NCBI GenBank assembly: GCA_043228905.1
Contig: JBHGNT010000008.1
Location: 15,314,001 to 15,378,000, forward strand
Source: Azolla caroliniana
Lineage: Eukaryota; Plantae; Polypodiophyta
Direction of reading: 5' to 3'
Length of the DNA stretch: 64,000 nucleotides
In this document: positions 11,652-25,426 of the stretch, one piece after another
How the letters are laid out: each line of letters opens with the position of its first letter
Position numbering within the stretch: the stretch's first letter is position 1
Position numbers and translations under genes: made by a program
The notes under the pieces: generated by a model
The model's input: only the letters and a program-made list of their open reading frames with translations
The model's database searches: none
What the model was told of the DNA's origin: nothing

Positions 11652-14241
11652 GTATTTGACCTTATACACCCACCAGCAACCAATCAACTTCACTCCTTTC
11701 GGTACGTCCACCAAGTCCCACGTCTCATTTTCCGTGAGCGTGTGCATCTCTTCCTCCATGGCCTTTTGCCAATTCAGATCCTTAGCCGCTTCGGCATAGC
11801 TCACCGTCTCACGCACTTCCGCCACTTTCGTCATGTATGCATAGTGATGCGCCATGTACTCATTATAACTATACCGTTTTACGGGGTTCTTCTAGTGGGT
11901 CGATCAACGTAATTTCCTATTAGCCGATTTCAAGGCCCCCTTGGCCGACTCAAACTTCTCTTCCGAAGATCCTTCTTTGTTATTCTCAGACTCGGAATCA
12001 CTCTAATCCATCACTTCTTTCCCGGTGTCGTATTTCGGCATCTTCTTCTTCCCCTTCTCTATGCGCATGAATCGTCTCCTCGGTTCCTTGCACAGGAAGA
12101 GCACGATTGAGTCTGCATTGCTCGTCGGCGCTTCGTCCAACTGGTCATTCCAACTTAGTCACTCATTCGGCCCACTTAGCCAGAATGAAATTAGACTCTC
12201 TTCTAGAGTATTGAATTCTTGTTCTTCTTTAGCCCAGATCATTTTGGGCTCATTGTTCAACTAAGCTCCGTAGATTCCGAGAACATTTGAAAACTTCACT
12301 TTTCCCATTGATCAGATAGATTCATCGATGAAGGAGACAAAATATCGACTCTCGCCAAGACTAACATTTTGTGCCGGTCCCCATACATTTGATTGTACCA
12401 AGTGGAACCACTCTTCGTGGGAAATGAAAGTCGGTGCTACTTCTTGAGCTGGCTGGCTTCACAAATTTGGGCCTTTCGGCCACTTAAATTCAGCAATCCA
12501 AAAAAAAGTTGTTTCGATTGCAGCTCTTGAAGCCCCTGATAGTTGACGTGGCCGATCCGCTTGTGCGACAGGTCAATATCCGATTCGACCTTCTGTTATT
12601 TTGCGAACATAGCGGTGCCAATGTCACTGGTGTTGAGGATAAACATCCTCCCATCTCGGCGCCCTTGGGCGATGATCCGGCCTTCTTTTTCGATGAAGCA
12701 CCCGAGATGCATAAACTGTACTTGCATCCCCTAGTCAATGATCTATCCGACTGACACTAGGTTCTTCGTGATTGTCAAAACGTGAAACACGTTCATGAGC
12801 TTCCCTCTCTGTCCGACATGGGTGAGGGGAACTTCTCTAACATGCTCAATCGGGTGAGGAGTGTCATCTCCAGTTTCGACAACTCCCAATTGTTCTAGTT
12901 TTTCTATATATGAGAACTACTCTTCGCGGCTCGTCATATCATTGGACGCTCCGGAATCAACATACCACTCTTCCTCTCATCCGTAAGTTCTCTTCCTCAT
13001 TAAGTTCGCCTTGTGCTTCATCACAAAGGATGGCCCTTTTCCGATCTTTCCAGTTCCGGATCCATCCAATCCCTCGACGTAGTGCGAGGTCTACCAATTT
13101 CCTTGTCCGGCCTTCCCGGATCCGAATTTATTCGAATCAGTGCACTTCTTCCAGCACTCATTCTCGTGGTGGCATTTCTTGACACAATACCAACATTTCA
13201 TTTTGGCCCTCAATTGCCGATTTCTGATGCCTTTTTGACGCCCCCCTACTCGTGGAGGGAACTATTGTTGGAACTATCTCTATGCCTCTGACTCTTTGCA
13301 TGCCGACCCACCTCGTCCTCCACGCCCATGGGGCCGATGCGCCTCCGTGTACAACATCCGGTTGTCCAGTTGAGTGGTCCTCGACCCACTCAACTAGTTT
13401 TCTTCGATCATCAGCATCAATTGCAAGTCGAAGAAGGACGGTGGTTTCTCCCGGGTGCAAATCACTAGCCGGATTGGCCCGTACTATTGTGCTAGACCAC
13501 CGAGGCATATTTGGACCATCTCGTCTTCGTCCACCATCACGTTGATGGACCCGAGCATGTCACAAATCTCCTTGATCTTTGTGTAGTCAGTAATCGACAT
13601 GTGGAGTTGCCAAATATTGTTGAGCTCTTCTCAGAGCTGCAACTTCCATGCCATGGTACTTCGGTGTTTTTGCATCTCTGATGTAGTTGAGCATTTAGTC
13701 GTGCACACAGGATGCGAGGCATTTAGTTTTCGATTGGTCTTTGACAAATCGCTTGTTGGGAACAAAGGATGATCTAACCCTTGTGCTCTGATACCATGTA
13801 AAGAATAAAGTCCAGAAGCTTGTAGAAAAACCGGCTCAGCTGGATAACAACAATAAACCGAAATGAAGATTTGATGGAAGCTTGAGAATACACAGTACGC
13901 GGGATAGATAGAGAGAGCAAAACATAAACTTAATTAAAAAATAACAAGTTCACTATGTACATACAATGTGCTCAATGAGCACTTTTGTACACGTCCATTA
14001 AAGGACTAATAGAAGTACTGACATGTACTTCAATGCTCATATGAGTGACTCACACAGACTCCCATATGTCTACGTACTAGGCTCGATTCGTAGGCCTCTA
14101 ACGCCTACCGGTTCATTCTGATCTGGATTACAATTCGGCTCTCTAATCTGGTTCCCTAGTTCCGAATACTGTTCAGGACACCAATCCAGTCCTGTAGCTT
14201 ATTCAGCCGATCCGGATCCGGTTGAGCTTGACTACTTAACA
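11652..14241 (-). mobile_element. Ty1/copia L, degenerate and internally deleted (5' LTR 13797-14241, tRNA-iMet PBS 13785-13796)
   Basis: PBS TGGTATCAGAGC; LTR TGTTAAG..TTTACA; remnants of gag, CCHC, WYVDSG protease, pre-integrase and RT start (ENETWDLV, WVYKVKY). Confidence 0.85.
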
Positions 14242-15114
14242 ATTTGTAACCTTCATCGATGACTACAATCAACACACTTACTGTTGCTTGATCGAGAAGA
14301 AAAGCAAAGTCTTATCTGGCTTCTAGAAGGTGAAGAGCCTTGCCAAATGGGAGACCAATAGAAAGATCAAGTGCCAAAGATCAGATGTGGAAAAAGAGTA
14401 TATTTCTGACCAGTTCTCAACGAGAATTCTCTTCTAGATACACACTGAAGCAGAATGATGTGGATGAAAAGAAGAATCGGATGATTGAAGAAGTGGCCAG
14501 GGAAATGCTTGAAGAGAAGCATATATCGAAGTTTTATTGGGCCGAAGCCATTAGGACGGCGGTATACCTATAGAATCAGACTTCTACAAATGGAGGAGTG
14601 TCAACACACGAGTTGTAGTTTGGAAAGAATTCTAACTTGGCACACTTGAGTGTATTCGGCAGCATTGCATATGTGCATGTGCCGAAGGAGAAGCAGAGGA
14701 AGCTAGATGCCAAAGTCAAGAAGTGTATCTTGGTCCTACTAGGATGAGAAGAAGGGCTATAAGTGTTCTAACCCCCGAACGATAGAGTTCCGAGTAAGCC
14801 GAGATGTCATTTTCAACGAATCGGTTTTGTGGTACTTGCCCTCACCTCCAACCCCCATCAACTCCATTCTGAATTCTGAGGATGAGACCAGTGAGGCTGA
14901 GATGCCCCTTCATGAAGAGGAAATCAGAGCTCTAGAGGAGAGTATGATTTCATTTTGGCTAAGCGGGCCGACTGAAGGACTGAGTCGGAAGGATCAATCG
15001 AAAGAAGAAGAGTCGAGTAATGGAGACTCGGCCGTGCACTCCCCGCGCAAAGAACCATGGAAACGGTATATGCGCAAGGAAAAGGGGAAGATGAAGATGT
15101 TATAATATGACACT

Positions 15115-15755
15115 TGATGAGATAGAGATGATAGAAAGGAGAGATAAGGAAGATAAAAAGACCCAAAACCACAAAGATCTATTGCTAATGAATAATTATG
15201 ATGGGAGGAAGAGAGAAAGAAGATACATAAATCCAAGTCTACAAGGATAAATTGATAACAACTCAACCAACACTACGTGAATAGGCAAGAAAACATAACA
15301 AGAAAGAGACTCTCTCTCACCACCTTACTCTTCTTCCTTTATATAAAGTTCTCTTCCATTGGATAAGCTTCCCTTGCTTTCTTTTTTATGCTTTTTTTAG
15401 AGTTTTCATCGAGTCCTATTCTTATCTATGACACAACGATCTTTAAATCATCATATCTCCCTCGTCCAAGCTCTAAATTTAGAGATTTAAAAAACTATGG
15501 ATAGCTCTCTTCACAAGATTTCTAACCCATATTTGCACATTATAGTTGGCTTCCAAACGAATGAGTTATGAGCGTTCTTTATAGACTACGTTTTGGTGCC
15601 CGCTTTTTTCTTCTTTTACTTTTCTCCATCTTTCTTGCTTTTAGTTTGACTTATCCTTAAGACCTTAGCTCGTGATCTTGCCCTCTGGATGTGAACGCAC
15701 CATACCTTATATTCTTGTAGACTTCAATACCTTGAATTCTAAAAACACTTTCACA
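15115..15755 (-). mobile_element. Solo LTR related to the LTRs of gypsy element D
   Basis: Begins TGTGAAAGTGTTTTTAGAAT, identical to the D LTR start. Ends TCATCA. TSD ACACT at 15110-15114 and 15756-15760. Confidence 0.9.
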
Positions 15756-16013
15756 ACACTGAGGCCGAAACATCAGATCGAAGCGAATCTGACGAGGCTA
15801 GGAGCAAGGAGGGGCCTCTGAAAACGAGGTTGAAGTTGGCCAAGAGGGCCACAAAATCGGCGAACTAGAGGTTGTGTTGATCCAACCGCCAGAAGAACCC
15901 CATAATTTGGTACAAGTACGATGACGACATGGCGCAACATTATGCACATATGGTGAAGGTAACAAAAGTGTGTGAGCTAGAGAGCTACGTAGAGGCAACA
16001 AAGGTTGCGAATT

Positions 16014-16310
16014 GGCATGCCGCAATGGAGGAAGAGATGCGATCGTTAACAGAAAATGAGCCTTGGTACCTGGTTAATGCCCCAAAGGGTGTGAAGCCGA
16101 TTGGATGTAAGCGGTGTACAAGATAAAGTACAATCCCGATGGCACAGTCAACCAATATAAGGCATGCCGCAATGGAGGAAGAGATGCGAGCGTTAACAGA
16201 AAATGAGACTTCGTACCTGGTTAATACCCCAAAGGGTGTGAAGCCGATCGGATGTACTAGGTGGTGCGCAAGATAAAGTACAATCCCGACGGCACGGTCA
16301 ACCAATATAA
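16014..16310 (+). repeat. Tandem duplication (2 x ~147-150 bp) within the RT start of K
   Basis: GGCATGCCGCAATGGAGGAAGAG starts at 16014 and 16161. GGC microhomology at the junction. Confidence 0.85.
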
Positions 16311-16807
16311 GGCCTGACTAATGCCCAAGGTCTACGTGCAGAAATACGGCATCAATTACGATGAGACCTTCGCACTGGTCGCGAAGATGACAATTATCCA
16401 TGTATTGCAGGCCGTAGTAGTGGCAAAGTGGTGGCACTTACATTAGATGGATTTTAAGAACATGTTCCTACAAGGAGATCTTGAGGAACAAGTGTACATG
16501 GTATAGAGCCCTGGATTTCTATCCAATCAAAACACCTCAACAATTTGCCGATTGAAGAAGTTGTTATACAGACTCAAGCAAGCCCCACATGCTTGGAACG
16601 CGAAGATCACACAGAGATTGCATTGGATGGGGTTGCTCCGTCGAAGTCAAATTCTTCATTGTTCATTGGACGAAGTCGGACCAAACTGATTAGCATTTTT
16701 CTATATGTCGATGATCTTGTCATCGCAGGTGCCGACCTAGAGAACCTTTAATTACTTCCTCGGGATAGAAGTGATCCAAACCCCAGAAGGCATATTGATC
16801 AACTAAC

Positions 16808-17287
16808 TGTCAAAGTCAGGATGCCACATGGAATGGTGGGGGTTGAACCCCTTCTAGTCTTATTGGGCAACCTTACCAATTGAGCTACATCCATCTTACA
16901 TTATTGTATTATGTAAGTTACAACTTATTTCATTATAGATTGATCACTAGAACTTTCAAGAACCTTCTAGAGAATGCATCTTCATGCACTCTATAGAAGT
17001 TTCCATGCACTCTCTAGAAGTCTTCTAGCATTCATGCATACCTCCACATTCTTGTATAAATATTGGGGTCCACCTTGATTACAATCAAGGTGAACAACAC
17101 CAGTTACGGAAGCATATACAGTTCTTGTTTATTTGTCTATCCTCTCTCTTGCTTGTTCTCTTGTCTATGCTCTTTCTCCCACTATCTTTTAATATTGAGC
17201 CTCGTCTACTTGTCCTTGACAATCTTGTGATCTTGCTTATGCTCTCGCTCTCTCGTCTACTTGTCCTCATTCCACCCGCTCGTGACA
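16808..17287 (+). mobile_element. Solo LTR of a Tcn1-like chromovirus family (480 bp)
   Basis: TGTCA..TGACA, TSD CTAAC/CCAAC. Shares TCAAGGTGAACAACACCAGTTACGGAA with the chromovirus 3' LTR at 50902-51347. Confidence 0.85.
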
Positions 17288-17551
17288 CCAACGTCATTAT
17301 GTGTTGAATGTGCTCTTCAAGTTCAAGATGGTGGATTGCAAATCTGTCTCAACCTCTATCGATAGAAACGTTAAGCTTCGCCAAGGTTTGGGAAAGGCAT
17401 GCGACCTGATACAATTTCAATAGATAGTGGGAGCCTCATTTATTTGACGATCACATGGCCAGAACTAAGTTATCCGGTCGGCTTGATCAATCAATTCATG
17501 TCGCAACCAAAGGCCGAACACCTTTAGTGTGTGCAAAGAGTATTGCAGTAT

Positions 17552-19650
17552 TGCTAAGGCAAAACCGGCTTATGTAGATAGCAACAAAATATAGATAGGT
17601 TTAATGGAATCTTGAATCACAGAGTACGTGGGAGAGACAGAGTTAGAGAAGAACAAAAAAAATGTTTATATTCCAAAACACTAAAAACTCTCTGTACATA
17701 CAATGTGCTCAGTGAGCACTTTTATACAAGTCCATGAAAGGACTGACAAAAGTACTGACATGTACTTCAATGCTCATACAAGCGACTAACACTAACTCCC
17801 AGAAATATGCCTACGTACTAGGCTAGATTCATAGACCTCTAATGGCCTACCGGTTTATCCTGATCCAGATTACAATCCGGCTCTCTGATACGGCTCTTGG
17901 TTCTAGTCACCGATCTGGTTCTTCAATCCGGATACCGATCCGACTTTGGCGTATTCAGCAAATCCGGATACCATTGAGCTTGTCCAGTCAACACTCACCC
18001 TCAAGCTCAACTTGAGGTCATATCAGAGTGTATGTGTCTGTGGTAGTTGGTCGTCTCCTCTAGCTCCCCGTGGCATCCTCCCGCTTGGCTCTCGCTCCTC
18101 GTTCGGTTCGGTTTGGCTTCCTTCGACGCGTTCAATTTCTTACATCTCGATCTTCTTGATCGACTTGTCTGTTGCTTCACCCCTTATCAACTCCCTTGTT
18201 GTCACGGTGTTGGCGCCCCTCGACCCATTGGCTCCTCCATCTCAGCGTCAGTTTCGGTTGCCTTTTTGTCCGCTTGTCCCATCGTAGATTAGGCTCCTCT
18301 GAATCGAACATTTCGATTGAATCGGGTACATCTGATTCATTTCTGCTCTCAATCGAATCAACTCCCTCCGATTTGTCTTTGATTCCCAGACCTTTCACGA
18401 CATCGGCCCATGTCCCTGTCTCGGTCTTTCCGGCTCTACCTTCCCCATTTTTGGTTGGCTCCGGCTTGGGCTTTCCGTTCTGGTGGCTCCTCCTATGTCC
18501 AGACTCAACTTCTTCAGCCAACCCGTGCACTCCGACTTCTTCAGTCAAGCCGAAATCGAAATTGGTTCAGTCATCTCTATCATTCCTCTCATTTCTCCCC
18601 CTCAAGTTTGGCAATCGAGGTATTGCACACCTAGTGCTCCAAAGAATTTCCACAACTTGTCCAAGCCTAGGGGTTTGGTGAAGATATAGGCAATCTACCG
18701 ATCTATAGGAACATGCAAGAGCTCCACTTCACCAGAGAGAACTCGCTCACAGACAAAATGGTAGGGCACCTCGATGTGCTTTGTCCGAGTGTGAAAGACA
18801 GGGTTCTTAGCTAACTGGATGTTGTTGAGGTTGTCGCAATAGATCGTCGTTAGATTAGACACCTCCACTCGCAGATCCTTTAGGAGCCTCTTGAGCCATA
18901 TGGTTTCCCATGTCGCGACAACCACTCCTTGGTACTCAGCCTCGGTGCTTGACAGTGCTACTATCGGCTGCTTCTTACTGGTCCAGGCGACCGGGACGCT
19001 TCCAAGTGAAAACGCATATCCGGATGTAGACTGACGGTCTCCGGCATTTCCGACCCAATCGGCATCCGTGTAGCCGACAAGTTGTCTGGCTACACCGGTC
19101 CCATACAACAACCCCCTATCCTTAGTGCCGCTAACATACCTAAGTATTTGGTGTGTGCACTGTAGGTGCTCCACCGCCAGATGCGCCATGAATTGACTAA
19201 TCAAGCCGACCAGATAACTTATATCCAGCCGGGTGATGGTCAGGTATATAAGGTTGTTGACTATCTATCGGAACCGTTTTGGCTCGTATGCCGTTTTGGA
19301 GTCGGGATGAAGCTTCACATTCCGGCCCAGAGGAGTCGAGACTGATTTGCATTCCATCATACCGAATTTGAAGAGTATACTCATCACATAATGTCGATGG
19401 CTTATTAGTATGAAGGTCACCGAGATCCTTCATTTCGAACGATGTTGTGAGCTGGGAATTTACGTGGTCAATTTCGATGAGATCGATACTGGCGATGACA
19501 AGATCATCCACATAGGGCAAGATGCTCAACGGCCCGTTCCGACCTTTCCAGATGAAAAGTGAAGAGTCTGATTTTGACGGAGCAAACCCCATCTAACACA
19601 GTCTCTCCGTGATCTTCGTGTTCGGGGTGCGCAGGCTTGCTTGAGTCCGT
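17552..19650 (-). mobile_element. Ty1/copia J: RT end, RNase H, 3' extension, PPT, 3' LTR (17552-17993)
   Basis: PYVDDLVI, GYTDADW, TKHIEV; GAGGGTGAG|TGTTGAC LTR start at 17993. Confidence 0.85.
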
Positions 19651-19704
19651 TGTCATGGCGTGGCTCGCCTAGAATCGTAGCGGTGTGTAGACAGAAGATA
19701 ACGT
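19651..19704 (-). repeat. Terminal stub of an LTR inserted in J and itself interrupted by the LINE
   Basis: ..GCCATGACA end abuts the J coding frame (GLKQA). Only 54 bp are visible. Confidence 0.45.
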
Positions 19705-22700
19705 GAAAGAAAGAAAGATATATTAACGTCTTCTAAGGCCATATTCAGCCCATGAGACAAATGGTTTACAACAAAAAGTGGGATATTTACCCATTCATGG
19801 AAAGTAAAAAATAAAAATAAAAATAGAGTTTTAAGCTAAATAGTTCTGGTAAAATAAAATAACAAACATGTTCCATCCATGTCTCTCGAAGAGAAGCGGG
19901 AGATCAAAGGGTTTCAATGTGGATGTGGCCCATGGCCCCAATGTAAAAGGTACCCCAACCATAGCTCCTAGTTGACGTAGCTCACGTTCCCTTATCTTCT
20001 TAATCCTTTCTACTCCGTGTCGACTTGTTTTGAAGCCCAACATCCGAGAGCGTTCGGTTTTTCTTTGCGTTTCAGCTTCCTCAAGAACGAGGCCGAGTGG
20101 CGTAAGTGTATTCACATTCATCGTCTCCCCTTGTTCCTGAAAAATTACACTAGTTACAAGTTGATGAATAGTAAAAGGGTTATGGTTAACAGTTTGTAAT
20201 TTATTCTCCCTATGTTGTTTTAGCTCTAAGATATACCTCCCTAGTCTCTTTACATTCGGGGCATCTAATAGTTAGAGAGGGTGGGAGAGGGGCCTAATAT
20301 GTCTTGGTATTCCACTCGTATCTCCGCATTAGTTGGGCACTTGCATGTGAAGTGATCCTCATCCTCTATCTCTATGTGGCACAACCTACATAGCATTTCC
20401 TCCCTAGGGACTCTATTAGCCTGACCATTCTCAATCTCAAGTCGGTGAGACGATATCCTAAGTTGTTCAATGGTAACCCTTAGTGCATTTGATAAGAATG
20501 TATCTAGATATATTGGTCGTGTAATAAAACCTAATTGAGCGGAGTGCAAGAAGTGTTCTTTATAGTACAACATTTTACATGGGAGCGACTCTCGTGGGGT
20601 GATCCATTTATATCGAGTGTAAATTTTCCATATTTCTTGGTGTATCACTTTATTACGGTCTTCATGAGATATTAGAGTTTGGTCAGTCCAATGGTTGTAC
20701 TTAAAGGGGGGTAGGTTATTAATGTCTATGTAGTTTGCAAGTAACCAACTCACCATAGTGCTATACCAAGAGCTAGTGTCTCCAGACGCATGTAGGGATC
20801 GAGATGCCTCAAAGGCTCGACGGGATATCCTATCTGACAAGAAATACACGCTCTTTAAGCACAACCGAGTCTAGGATCAAACACAGAAAACGGATAATGA
20901 AGGCACGACACAGTGAAGAGAAGAGTACACAGGATGTTAACGTGGAAAACCTAAACTAGGGAAAAAACCACGGCAACCCACAGAATGCAAACTATCACTA
21001 TATCAGAATGTACAATAGTAGAGCACCGAGGCAACGACCTCGAGCTTGCTATCTTCGCCACAGGCGGCGGTTACAACAGAGGCAACAACCTCTTCTTCTC
21101 TCTCTCTCTCTCTCTCTGTACACTGTTACGCGCTCTGATCTTTCGCCAACAAGAATGACAACGACCACACAACTAAAGTTTGCCCTATGTCATATTTATA
21201 TTAATATGACTTTTCGGCTATTTACAAATATAGCCCTGATGGACTCTCAGAAAACATATTTACGAATATGTCCCTTCATCCAGTGAGCACTCCTCACCCG
21301 GCCTGCATCATCCGGCACTTGCCGGGCACACGTCATCCAATTCTCACCGGGTCTTCCGTTGCTGGGTACTCCACATCCGGTTCTCACCCGGTCTTCACCA
21401 TCCGGATCTTGTCGGGTACTCGTCATCCGGTTCTCACCGGGTCTTCCATTGCCGGGTAGTCCAATCCCATCCGGAGGGACCTGTTTCCTAACACTATCTT
21501 GTGGTTGGCTATGTATCTGATGAATAAAAACTACCACTTCAAACATCCGGGGCAGACTGAACTCTGCTATAATAATGTCATGTGGTATTGTCGATTTGCT
21601 TCGGAGTTGACGTGATAACATCGTGGCTCTTGAAAGTATGCCTAGTGACAATGTCTCTCTAAGAGTGAGAAGGATGCATACCCTCTCGTTAGCCTATCTT
21701 TGGCTGCTTGGGTCATCGAGAATTTACCTAAGCGAGCACTAAAAGTGACTCCCAAGTATACATATGATCCAACTACCTCTACTAGTTTATGAGAGAGGGT
21801 TAGGTGACATTTACTCCTAACTCGAGATGATGTATGAAAGATAAGAACTTTAGTTTTCGCTATATTCACTACCAGTCCTTGTTGTGTACAAAAGTCATCT
21901 AAGGCATTAAGATGCTTTTGTAGGTCGTGTTCTGACTCCAACAGCAAGATAATGTCGTCTGCAAAAAGTAAGAGACTAACTTGCGTATCCCCAATAGCTA
22001 CTCCCTTGCCTCCCTTACGAGAAGTAAAATTAGTGATCTCATCAATGTAGATCCCAAAAAGAGTTGTTGGTAGGGAGTAACCTTGTTTTACACCAATGGT
22101 GCTAGTGAAACAATCGGATAGGCCACATGGGCATCTTATACACCCATAGACTTGCTCATATAGGGCATAAATGGCCTAGACCATGTCATTTGGTATCTCC
22201 AAGCTCTTAAGTCTATCAAACAACTTCTCCCTAGGAACTATATCAAAGGCTTTGCGGAAGTCCACAAAGCAACAATATAGTTTCTTCTTACGAGCCTTCG
22301 TCTAGTCAATTAACCACCTAAGTTTGAACATATGGTCAATACTAGAGAAGGCTCATCTAAAGCCAGCCTGCTCAGGTGCTCGAAGACTTAATGTTTCCAT
22401 ATAATCGCTAAGCTCCGCTTCCATTACCGCACCATATAGTTTAGCGAGCATATGGCCTATCATAATGGTCCTATATGTATTTGGGTCCATTGGGTCCCCT
22501 CCTTTATATATAGGGGCCACTGTGTTCATGGTCCATTGTGGTGGAAAACCCTCGGCGAGGGCGCGGTTGAAGATTAGAGTGAGAAAGGGGGCTAGGCACT
22601 CTCGAGCATATATGATGTGCTCGGGTCGCACTCCTGTGTGGTCCATGGATTTCCTATGTTGTAATTTTTTTATGACCTTCGTGACCCTAGATGTCGTAAA

Positions 22701-23975
22701 AATTGTCCCCATGTTAGGTCGGGGTGTGGAAGGTATTGGGATGGGTGGTTGGTTCGGGACATGGTAGAGTCTCTCGATATATGTGTGCCAAATATTGGGA
22801 TCCTCAATGGGTGTTTGTGGTCGCGGTTTCCGTAGTCTCTTCCATGCAAGGGCGCAATCCGTACTCATGAGCATATGGTAGAGTTCCCAATATTGGGATG
22901 CTTCCCAAGCTCTTCTTTTACGACGTGTCATCTTGCGCATCTCTTTTCGAGCCTATACTGAGGAAATAGTACCACCAAGTCGCGACACTTTAAGTTGTCT
23001 ATACAACTCTCTACAATCCGTTGCATACCACTTGTTCTGTGGCATAGACCCTATTCTACTATGATTGGAGTGTTTCATGTATGGGAAGCTACTAATTGTT
23101 GCCGAGTGAAGGATGTGTGCGAGTTCTATAGTGAGGTTCTCTAAAGGCAAGGAAGAATCAAAAGAGGAGAGATGGGCTTGAACATGTCGAGAGTAGATGT
23201 CAGCGAGCTCATGCGTGAAATGTATTATGGTGTGATGGTTTGGTTGACTAGAGTTAGTGGCGTGGGAGGTGTCGCATTTTAGCTTAAAGTATAGGAAGCT
23301 ATGGTCTACACCAAAGGGGTTTTAAACCATGTGGGTAGCTTCAGGGCGTCCTATTAGGTAATCAACTATGCTTTCCCCTCCTCCATGTGGGAAACATGTG
23401 AGCGCTTTCGAGCCCGTCCACTTGGCTAATCCATAGTATATGATCATCTAGTGTTGGCTTCCAAGTTCAAGTAGGTGATGACCAAAGCTTGTAGCGTCTG
23501 CACCTTGATCCTTTGATGTACGCGTTATGTCTAAGTCTAAAGGGTCAACATTCACCATTTCGAGGTTTCTATCCATATGAAATATTGTGCATTGTTGGGA
23601 TTGGGTTCTCGCATTGAAATCTCCTACAAGGAAAACTTCCCCTTGAGAAGAATATTAGATTATGTCATCCGATAAAGGTTCGTATGGAGAAGGCCCATGC
23701 AGCGTTCCTTCATCAACTATACTCACCTCTCTAGCCATATTATACCGGGATCCTTTCGGGGGGAAGTAACACGTGGCAATAAATATCGCCTAGTCCTTGC
23801 TAGTGAGGACTTTCACCCACATAAAACGGGCTTCTGGGTCTTTCTTTAGTATTTCTATCCTATTATGCGTCTCTCTCCGAAATAGTATCACAACCCCTCC
23901 AGACTCTCTAGTAGTGTATGTCGACATGAGGTTTGTCTAAATACAGATTCCCAAGTTGTAATACTATATGATTTA
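19705..23975 (-). mobile_element. Degenerate LINE ORF2 (APE endonuclease, RT, C-terminal Cys/His domain), RTEX/RTE-like
   Basis: Endonuclease motifs CYFPP and GDFNART; RT motifs EQAGFR, FVDFRKAFD, GVKQG, LLFADD, YVYLG; C-terminal SSHRLEIE..CRLC..EDEDHFTCKC; (TCTT)n tail at ~19705-19718. The 5' boundary is approximate. Confidence 0.85.
20835..21493 (-). mobile_element. Solo LTR related to Tork-like element I, inserted in the LINE
   Basis: TGTTAGGAAACAGGTCCCTCCGGATGGG..TTGTCA; perfect TSD CTATC at 20830-20834 and 21494-21498. Confidence 0.92.
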
Positions 23976-24319
23976 TTCATGGTTGTTACCCTTTAGTGTC
24001 ATTATAGATTTGGGTTTTCGCCCCCCTTATGACGGCATGTGTATTTTGTACGGTCTGGTGATTACTCTATCTATAGAAGCTTTCATGTAGACGGACGCAA
24101 TTCTTGGTTTTCATATAATAGAGCTGATTCTTTGCCCGGAGCCCCGCTCGATATGAGTTCCCTTCAGGCCAATGGTTGTTCCAGAAATGAGGTTTCTTCG
24201 CTGCACGGGCGAGTAATTTTTGTTTTTCCCTTCCATTCTGGGCGCTCTCTCAAGAGTTCTACCGTCTCTACTTCCGGCTACTTTGCCTTTGATAGTGAGC
24301 GGTTACTCTAATGATAGGA

Positions 24320-25426
24320 TTGTCTACATGAAGAACATGTTTTAGTCATCGGAAGTCCTTGTCGTTCATTACTGTAGTGGGTGTCTATTTTTGTTAACTT
24401 TCCAATTCTCCTACCTGTGAGGAAGGAATCGTTGGGATTTTGGATGGAAGAAATGAATGAGTAGAAATAGATAAATAGTGATCAACAAGATATGACAAGA
24501 TAGGATATAGAATGATATTTGACGCAATAAAAGAGATTTATAATTATTCGATGAAAGAGTTACAAAATGGTTGTGAGCGTTGTTGAATTCTTCATCTCAC
24601 AAGGTAATCGCTCTTCTATTTCTTGATAGTAAGCCACAACAATCTTCACTTCAATATTTTGATGAAGATAAAAATCGACCCGTCGCCCTTTCATTGCGAG
24701 TTGAGCACCACAACCGCCAAGGTAGCTCTTCTCTTGTCTTCTTTTTTTCTCTTGCTCTTTCTATCTTATGATATCTCTTATGTAATATAATTCTATTTTA
24801 TTCTCTTTATATATCATACAATATAGTTCTTCAATTTCAATTCCTTTCATATACCTTGTGACCATACTCCCTCCTCCTTTTATAGGGAAGAAATGGTTCT
24901 ACATGTGGGCCATGTGGCGCACATGTAGAGAGGCTCTTGCATGTGTGCTATATGGTGCACATGTTGTACATTTCATGGTTTAAACCATACAATACAACAA
25001 CACATATATTTTATGTAAATCACAAGTATAGGTGAAATGGTAAGGTTTGAATGACGTAAGGTTGGGACTTGTTGGTTCAAGTCCTCTTTTGCCCATGTAA
25101 TATGCTATATGGTGTGCATGTAGTATATTACATGGTTTAGACTATAAAATACTACTTCAAATAAAACAATGCATATGATATCTTGTAAATTATTAGCATA
25201 GGCTAAATGGTAAGGTTTGAATGTCATGAGGGGTTATTGGCTCAATTCCTCTCTCATTCATGTAATATAACCTATATTATTAGCATAGGCTAAATGGTAA
25301 GGTTTGAATGTCATAAGGAGGGGTTATTGGCTCAAGTCCTCTCTCATTCATGTAATATAACCTATATATATATTCATTTGCCTCTACATGTAGTGTATAA
25401 TATTATCATAGTGTATTATTAATATT
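24320..25426 (-). repeat. LTR-like non-coding region with tandemly triplicated A/B-box module; boundaries unclear
   Basis: Minus-strand CTATAAAAGGAGG near 24880; direct repeats at ~25029, 25199 and 25286. No termini identified. Confidence 0.4.

Larger units (their letters stand above)
14242..17551 (+). pseudogene. Ty1/copia K: integrase, RT (highly degenerate), host of two solo LTRs and a tandem duplication
   Basis: FVTFIDDY, KFYWAEAIRTAVY, FLYVDDLVI. Colinear with 26641-29368. Confidence 0.85.

Noticed and set aside
16830-16895. Bona fide tRNA genes at the A/B-box modules
   Set aside because: No complete cloverleaf or anticodon arm can be drawn at any of the sites; reported only as promoter-like modules.
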